Assembly: GCA_045863235.1 (NCBI GenBank)
Contig: BTUM01000013.1
Location: 59,817 to 123,816 of the forward strand
Length of the DNA stretch: 64,000 nucleotides
Source: Candidatus Xenobia bacterium
Lineage (GTDB): Bacteria; Vulcanimicrobiota; Xenobia; Xenobiales; QWHO01
Reading direction: 5' to 3'
The stretch's first letter is position 1. Every line of letters begins with the position of its first letter. Shown here piece after piece: positions 59,225 to 64,000 of this stretch. Below the pieces are notes generated by a model. It ran no database searches and was not told where the DNA came from. It saw nothing but the letters and a program-made list of their open reading frames with translations. The position numbers were made by a program, and so were the translations under genes.

Positions 59225-59554
59225 TTAAGATGTTCTTTTGGCGAGCAGCGGGAGGGCACATTCGAGGTGAAAGTGGCTTGCATCCTCGCCTCTGATCTGG
59301 ACTTCGACCTGGTCGGACCCGGGGTCGATTTTCTTGCAGCAGTGCGAGCAGGTCCTGTCGCTACCGAGCTTGGCCTCTCGATCGACAATCACCAGGCCAC
59401 GCATATAGGCTGCACCCCCATTCTCCTTAACCCAGGCCACGAGCTCCGGCGTAAGTCGAACCGCCACTTGCGGAGCTCCGTCGGAATAGCCCGCCGGATA
59501 CTGTCTGGGCCGGCCCCGTCCACGCTTGGCTGGTTCTTTCTCTGAGCCTTTCAC
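59225..59554 (-). CDS. Small putative DNA-binding regulator (AT-hook-like, RHH-like, Zn-ribbon)
   Basis: KRGRGRPRQY, VAVRLTPEL…, CSHC…HLEC; TGGACA-17-TATACT 6 nt before GTG. Confidence 0.6.
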   Translation of the reverse strand: MKGSEKEPAKRGRGRPRQYPAGYSDGAPQVAVRLTPELVAWVKENGGAAYMRGLVIVDREAKLGSDRTCSHCCKKIDPGSDQVEVQIRGEDASHFHLECALPLLAKRTS

Positions 59555-59560
59555 GGAGCC

Positions 59561-59621
59561 AGTATAGGGCTGAAAAAAATTCTTGTCCAGGGATTGACAT
59601 TTACCGGTAACCGACTATAAT
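59561..59621. promoter_or_regulatory. Back-to-back promoters of the island switch
   Basis: + strand TTGACA(59594)-16-TATAAT(59616) with TTACCGGTAA palindrome in the spacer; - strand TGGACA(59589)-17-TATACT(59566). Confidence 0.8.
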
Positions 59622-59700
59622 GTGAGATAGCCGGATTAAATTAAGAGCGCCCACGGCCAAGCAACTCCGGCTTCCCCAATCTCCCCTAAGGAGTACCCCT

Positions 59701-59985
59701 ATGCCCTCGACCCGTGAAACCGTACCGCAAAAAGCCGCCCGTCTCAAGAAGAATTACCGCGTCATCCAAGTCAACGAGCGCGCCTTCGTCGTGATTGGCG
59801 ACCACTCAACTTACGAAGTGCGCCGTTTGAACGACGCCTGGCATTGCGGCTGCCGCTGGACCCGCTTCAACGGCACTTTCAAGCCCTGCTCGCATATTCA
59901 AGCCGCCCAGCAGGCCCTGCTTGACCCGTCGTGCCAGGAGCCCGTCAAACCACTCGCCCAGCTTCTGGCTGGGATCATGAACTAA
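59701..59985 (+). CDS. SWIM zinc-finger protein
   Basis: YEV…CGC…PCSHI; AAGGAG RBS. Confidence 0.8.
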   Translation: MPSTRETVPQKAARLKKNYRVIQVNERAFVVIGDHSTYEVRRLNDAWHCGCRWTRFNGTFKPCSHIQAAQQALLDPSCQEPVKPLAQLLAGIMN

Positions 59986-60001
59986 CTGGAGGTAAACAAC
60001 G

Positions 60002-60202
60002 ATGCCCGAAACCATCACCCGCAAGACCCTGACCGTGACCGAGGCCGCCACCTGCCTGGGCGTCTCGAGACACTTCGCATACCAGGCCGTTCGCGAGGGC
60101 GCGATCCCGTCCATCCGGATCGGCCGCCGCATCCTCATCCCGGCCCAGGCGTTCGAGCAGCTCCTGGCCAACGTCGGCCAGGTCGCCATTTCCACCAACT
60201 AG
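60002..60202 (+). CDS. Excisionase-family HTH protein
   Basis: LTVTEAATCLGVS…IPSIRIGRRILIP; GGAGGT RBS. Confidence 0.88.
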   Translation: MPETITRKTLTVTEAATCLGVSRHFAYQAVREGAIPSIRIGRRILIPAQAFEQLLANVGQVAISTN

Positions 60203-60307
60203 GCAGCAGCTCGCCCTCGACCAAGTCGAACGACCTCGGCCTGGTCGAGGCCCACGCAACCGACCCGACCTTCTTTCCCCGGCCATTCTCGGCCCATCTC
60301 TCCAAAC

Positions 60308-60508
60308 TTCATATTATTTTAATTTGGGCCTGACGAGGCCCTCGCCTGGCAGTGACCTCATTTAGCAGGCGCCTCCGCCTCCTCGGCCTTCCTACCTCCG
60401 CCATGACGATGCTCCCGTGCCTGTGGTGAAGTTGAACAAGTTCCCGCTCTTGCATGCGAACTTGTTCAAGTTCTCCACAGGCCGCTAGCGGCAAGCTTTC
60501 CCCTACCT
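60308..60508 (+). repeat. ~200-bp structured element, copy B, directly upstream of the integrase
   Basis: 62-bp hairpin at 60420-60481, 52/62 identical to copy A. Confidence 0.85.
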
Positions 60509-60532
60509 CGTGTGCAGACTGGAGATACAGCA

Positions 60533-61750
60533 ATGCAGGGTTCTATTACCAAGCGCGACAAGAGAGGCGAAACCTGGCTCATCAGAGTCAGCCTTGGAAG
60601 AGATGCCAACGGAAAGCGGATTTACAGGTCCGAGACTTTCCATGGCAAGAAAGCCGGCGCCCACGACAGGCTTCGGGACCTGATCGATGAGTTCAAGACC
60701 CACGGTGCCGACTGCCCCGAGGCGAGCCGGGAGTTGCTCCACGAATACCTGATCTGGTGGGCCGAACGCACCCGAGACGAAGTGCGCCCGCGAACGGCCG
60801 CCAACCGGGTGAAGTGCATCAACACTTACTTCCCGAGCGACCCGGCCGTGATGAAGAAATTCCGGCTGACTGACCTGGGCAGGCTGCCGCTCGGCAAGAT
60901 TACGCCGACGGCGATCGACGAGCACCTCGCTTCCTTGCGCCGGCCCAAGGCCGATGGCACGCCCCGCCTGGGACACAGCTCCATGAAGAAGCTCTTCAGC
61001 ATCCTCCGCCAAGCCCTCCGCTACGCGGTGCGCAAGAAGAAGATCGCCGTCAATCCGGCCTCCAGCGACCTCATCGACGTGCCCAGAGCTCCGAAGGCGA
61101 CCAAGGCCCTGGCCCTTACTGTCGAGCAGGCCCAGACGTTCCTGCAGTTCGCCGCGCTGGACAGGTTCAGGGCGCTCTGGTTCGTGGCTCTCTTCACCGG
61201 CTGCCGCCCCGGCGAGCTCCTCGGGCTCGAGTGGAAGCACATCGACCTTCAGAAAGCGGAGGTCAGGGTTGAGCAGTCACTCTACCGCCCGAAGGGCGGG
61301 GGTTGGACCATCACGGCTCCGAAGACCCCGAAGTCCAGGCGCACGATTCCGATCCCGGTCGAGGTGGTGGAAGAGCTCCAGCGGCACAAGCTGGCCCAGG
61401 ACATCCAACGCCTTGCCTGGCGAATAGAGCACGACCGGGACTTCGTTTTCACCGCCTACAACGGCAGCCCGCTCGTGAGCAACCACGTCACGGTCAGCAA
61501 CCTCCACCCGCTGGCCAAAAAGGCCGGCCTGCCGGTGGGGCTCAATTTGTATTCCCTACGTCATTCGCATGCGACCCTGATGCTGCACGCCGGGAATGAT
61601 GCTCGCCTGGTTGCGGACCGCCTTGGGCATGCCGACGTCCGCCAGGTTCTCGAGACCTACTACCATCCGCCCAAAGAGGCCCAGCGCGATGCCACCGCGA
61701 AGATGGGAGCCACGCTTTTGGGTAGCCAGAAACCCAGTCCGGAGGGGTAG
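60533..61750 (+). CDS. Tyrosine site-specific integrase (phage/ICE type, with arm-binding N-domain)
   Basis: GSITKR N-terminus; TGCRPGE, PKT, YSLRHS, LGH, TYYH catalytic set. Confidence 0.95.
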   Translation: MQGSITKRDKRGETWLIRVSLGRDANGKRIYRSETFHGKKAGAHDRLRDLIDEFKTHGADCPEASRELLHEYLIWWAERTRDEVRPRTAANRVKCINTYFPSDPAVMKKFRLTDLGRLPLGKITPTAIDEHLASLRRPKADGTPRLGHSSMKKLFSILRQALRYAVRKKKIAVNPASSDLIDVPRAPKATKALALTVEQAQTFLQFAALDRFRALWFVALFTGCRPGELLGLEWKHIDLQKAEVRVEQSLYRPKGGGWTITAPKTPKSRRTIPIPVEVVEELQRHKLAQDIQRLAWRIEHDRDFVFTAYNGSPLVSNHVTVSNLHPLAKKAGLPVGLNLYSLRHSHATLMLHAGNDARLVADRLGHADVRQVLETYYHPPKEAQRDATAKMGATLLGSQKPSPEG

Positions 61751-61784
61751 GCGAGAATGGCTCAACCATGCGGATTCGGAAACG

Positions 61785-61803
61785 GTGATCAAGCGGTGAT
61801 CAT
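61785..61803 (+). repeat. Arm-type direct repeats GTGATC, right end
   Basis: Copies at 61785 and 61796. Confidence 0.65.
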
Positions 61804-61989
61804 TTCAGCCCCCAGCCGCCCCGCAACCCCAGTCGGGGCGCCATTCTGAAGCCCCCGTGTAGGTTTCCCGGGTAAGAGCGACGCGCCTTCGTGCAGGTTT
61901 GTTCGGGGAGCCTGTAAGCCGACTTTAGACCATCGGGCCCAGATCAGCACGGTAGACTGCCCCCCGGGAAGGAGTGATATAATCATTCC

Positions 61990-63009
61990 ATGGAGTCTCC
62001 CAAGGTCGTCGCGTCCGCTGCTCCCGCTCAGCCTGCCGCCGCCGCTCTGACAACCGCAGGGAAGTCCCAGCCTGATTCGGGCGGCGCTCCAGTCCTTCGA
62101 GCCCCCCTTTCGGGAGATGAGCGCTTGCTCCGCACGGTCACCTCCGATCAGATCTTCCACGCCTTCAAAGAAACCCGGGATGCCTCCACCTCCCGCCAGT
62201 TGCAGGCCGCCCGCACTTTCTCCGAGCAGCAGCGTGGGGTCCGCAAATCGGCTGTCTTTGCCAAACTGGGCAAGGGCAAGGACATGCACCGTATCAACGT
62301 GCTCCTGCAGAAGTCGTTCAAGGACATGTTGGGCTCCATGAAAGACCTGCGCCAGGCGGCCCAGATGAAGCGCACCGGTCCTGATTACCTTTTGTCGAGC
62401 ATGAACCGCATGCTGGTCGCCACCCAGAGCTACATGGGCCTGCTGCGTCCGCTGGCACCGCTGATGCAGGAGACCAACTCTCTCAACGGTCAGATCGCAG
62501 GTTCCATGCTGGCCGAGCGCACCGAGTTGGGAACCGCCGCAGCACTCGGGGGAGCCGGAGGAGAGGACCTGCCCCATGAGCTGACCAGCCGCAGTTTGCT
62601 GGTGCAGTCGCAGGAATCCACCGTCAGCACCCGCGATGGGATGGAGGTCGGAAAGTTCTATTTCGCCTGGACCCGGGAGAGCCTGAGCGATGGCCTGGCT
62701 CTGATCAACGACGTGGTGGACACCATGCGCTCGGCCCTCAAGAGCGGTCGTGAATACCTCCCGGCTGAAGCCTCCGAGGGCTTCGAGAAGCGTCTGGCCA
62801 AGTTGGAAGCCCAGAGCAACCGGGTGCAGAAGCGCCTGGGGGGTAAGGATGACTCGGCTGCAGTGCTGACCGAGCGCGAGAAGCTCGAAAAAGGGCGCGG
62901 GCTGAAGATGAATGCGGAAGAGGGCGCCGTGGCCCGCATCGCCGATGAGCGCAGCCGCATGCAGGAGGGTCTCTGGGCGGCCTTGTCGGCCGATTCATTC
63001 TCGTTCTAA
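61990..63009 (+). CDS. Hypothetical helical protein
   Basis: 339-aa ORF; TGnTATAAT 6 nt before the ATG. Confidence 0.75.
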   Translation: MESPKVVASAAPAQPAAAALTTAGKSQPDSGGAPVLRAPLSGDERLLRTVTSDQIFHAFKETRDASTSRQLQAARTFSEQQRGVRKSAVFAKLGKGKDMHRINVLLQKSFKDMLGSMKDLRQAAQMKRTGPDYLLSSMNRMLVATQSYMGLLRPLAPLMQETNSLNGQIAGSMLAERTELGTAAALGGAGGEDLPHELTSRSLLVQSQESTVSTRDGMEVGKFYFAWTRESLSDGLALINDVVDTMRSALKSGREYLPAEASEGFEKRLAKLEAQSNRVQKRLGGKDDSAAVLTEREKLEKGRGLKMNAEEGAVARIADERSRMQEGLWAALSADSFSF

Positions 63010-63037
63010 AGTGCAAGGCCTATGGTCTTGCACTTTA
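63007..63037 (+). terminator. Hairpin after the 61990-63009 gene
   Basis: TAAAGTGCAAGGCC-TAT-GGTCTTGCACTTTA. Confidence 0.55.
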
Positions 63038-63151
63038 CAACGCGCTGGAACGTAGTTCCGGCGGGTTCGTCAGATTGTGTTAATGTGCAAGACCAAAGTG
63101 CGCGCACATTAACCTCAGGAAGAATCCCGCCCTCCTGACGACGAAGGGAGG

Positions 63152-63460
63152 GTGATGCGAAACTTGATGCTTGCTCTCCTCGTCGGCGGTCTGCTTTCGG
63201 GTTGCGGGTCCCCTCCCGCCTCCACGACGACGTCACAAGCTCCTCCGACCCCCTCGACCTCGCCGCCGCCTGCACCGGCCGTCTCTGTGCCGCTCCAGAA
63301 GTCCAGCAAGGAGTTGCCTGAGACCGGGCGTCAACGTGCCAACGGCAGCGTCCAGGGCTCCGGAGTCGAGATGAAAGATGAAAAGGACCCGGTTGACAAG
63401 GCTGAGGGAGGCACCCTGCCGCGCCCCGGCACCAGCGCCACTCCTGCCCACGGCCGATAA
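63152..63460 (+). CDS. Small Pro/Thr-rich lipoprotein
   Basis: Lipobox LSGC; GGAGG upstream. Confidence 0.7.
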   Translation: MMRNLMLALLVGGLLSGCGSPPASTTTSQAPPTPSTSPPPAPAVSVPLQKSSKELPETGRQRANGSVQGSGVEMKDEKDPVDKAEGGTLPRPGTSATPAHGR

Positions 63461-63473
63461 GGTCCCCAGAAAG

Positions 63474-63507
63474 CACAAAAGCTACCTCGTCAGGTAGCTA
63501 TTTTGTG
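63474..63507. terminator. Bidirectional intrinsic terminator
   Basis: CACAAAAGCTACCT-CGTC-AGGTAGCTATTTTGTG. Confidence 0.75.
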
Positions 63508-64000
63508 GTCTGGCTCCACCTCACCAGACTCTCCTGGTGCTCCGTTCTTGATGGAGACGACTCTCGCCGTGCTTACCCTCGCGGTTCCATCCCGGCCCCA
63601 GGCCCACCTCGCTCGTTTCGCTGTCGAGACATCGCGGCGTGGCTCTGGTCTGCACGCTACCCCTGTCCGTATCGGCTCGGACAGCCCGTCTCCGGTTTCC
63701 CAGAGAGTGCTTCCTTCGGGCTCTCGCGGCGTCAGCTCCGCGGCATCGCTCAGGTTGGGATGCTACCCCTGTCCGTATCGGCTCGGACAGCCCGTCTCCG
63801 GTTTCCCAGAGAGTGCTTCCTTCGGGCTCTCGCGGCGTCAGCTCCGCGGCATCGCTCAGGTTGGGATGCTACCCCTGTCCGTATCGGCTCGGACAGCCCG
63901 TCTCCGGTTTCCCAGAGAGTGCTTCCTTCGGGCTCTCGCGGCGTCAGCTCCGCGGCATCGCTCAGGTTGGGATGCTACCCCTGTCCGTATCGGCTCGGAC
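63508..64000 (-). ncRNA. Candidate large structured ncRNA (5' part outside the window)
   Basis: No ORF listed in the track; several GNRA-capped stems on the - strand; ends at a terminator. Confidence 0.45.
63656..64000. repeat. Exact 106-bp tandem repeat, 3 full copies plus a partial copy running off the window
   Basis: GCTACCCCTG starts at 63656, 63762, 63868 and 63974. Confidence 0.95.

Larger units (their letters stand above)
42279..61874. mobile_element. Integrated genomic island (~19.6 kb) with tyrosine integrase and metal-resistance cargo
   Basis: Direct repeats CCCATGTACGTTCCCCGGGTA (42279-42299) and CCCGTGTAGGTTTCCCGGGTA (61854-61874), 18/21 identical; GTGATC repeats inside both ends; int and xis at the right end. 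Confidence 0.75.

Noticed and set aside
60434..60467. LexA (Cheo) boxes in the hairpin
   Set aside because: The spacing is GAAC-N2-GTTC rather than N4, and copy A alters these bases.
60309..60533. ORFs across the duplicated element (60309-60533, 58847-59032, 58835-59059)
   Set aside because: Starts and stops are not shared between copies. Some loop changes are synonymous in one frame, but copy B stops immediately after the hairpin.
61825..61843. tRNA 3' fragment (…CCCCAGTCGGGGCGCCA) as the att site
   Set aside because: It ends in CCA but has no TTCGA T-loop, and there is no matching tRNA at the left border.
63690..63730. SRP RNA or glycine riboswitch
   Set aside because: Only the short GAAGGAAGCA string matches; the rest of each consensus is absent.
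63656..64000. CRISPR array
   Set aside because: The units are fully identical over 106 bp with no variable spacers, and there are no cas genes in the window.

Overview
GC-rich bacterial chromosome segment. The gene content (outer-membrane TolC-type channel, Hanks-type kinase, many orphan proteins with low-complexity N-termini) fits a diderm, possibly Vulcanimicrobiota/Eremiobacterota-like organism, but the taxonomy is an unverified impression. Bases 1-42 kb are mixed backbone: a divergent citrate-synthase pair, caleosin, TspO, S41 and S1C proteases, PLD, a Ser/Thr kinase-PBP fusion, PBP1A, an Fe(III)/PotA-type ABC system, two VapBC pairs, glpK, cell-wall hydrolases and two beta-propeller paralogs. 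About 42.28-61.87 kb is an integrated tyrosine-integrase island, with imperfect att repeats and arm-type repeats, carrying chromate-resistance and Czc heavy-metal efflux cargo. The best signals missed by the ORF track are: (1) a CxxU selenoprotein at 4060-4596 with a SECIS-like hairpin; (2) two inverted ~200-bp copies of a structured element, with compensatory base changes, flanking the island's divergent switch; (3) a GNRA-rich candidate ncRNA with an exact 106-bp tandem array at the right edge; (4) face-to-face chr promoters sharing one palindrome; (5) an RGPP-ending leader upstream of czcCBA. Family assignments come from motif recognition only; no searches were run.
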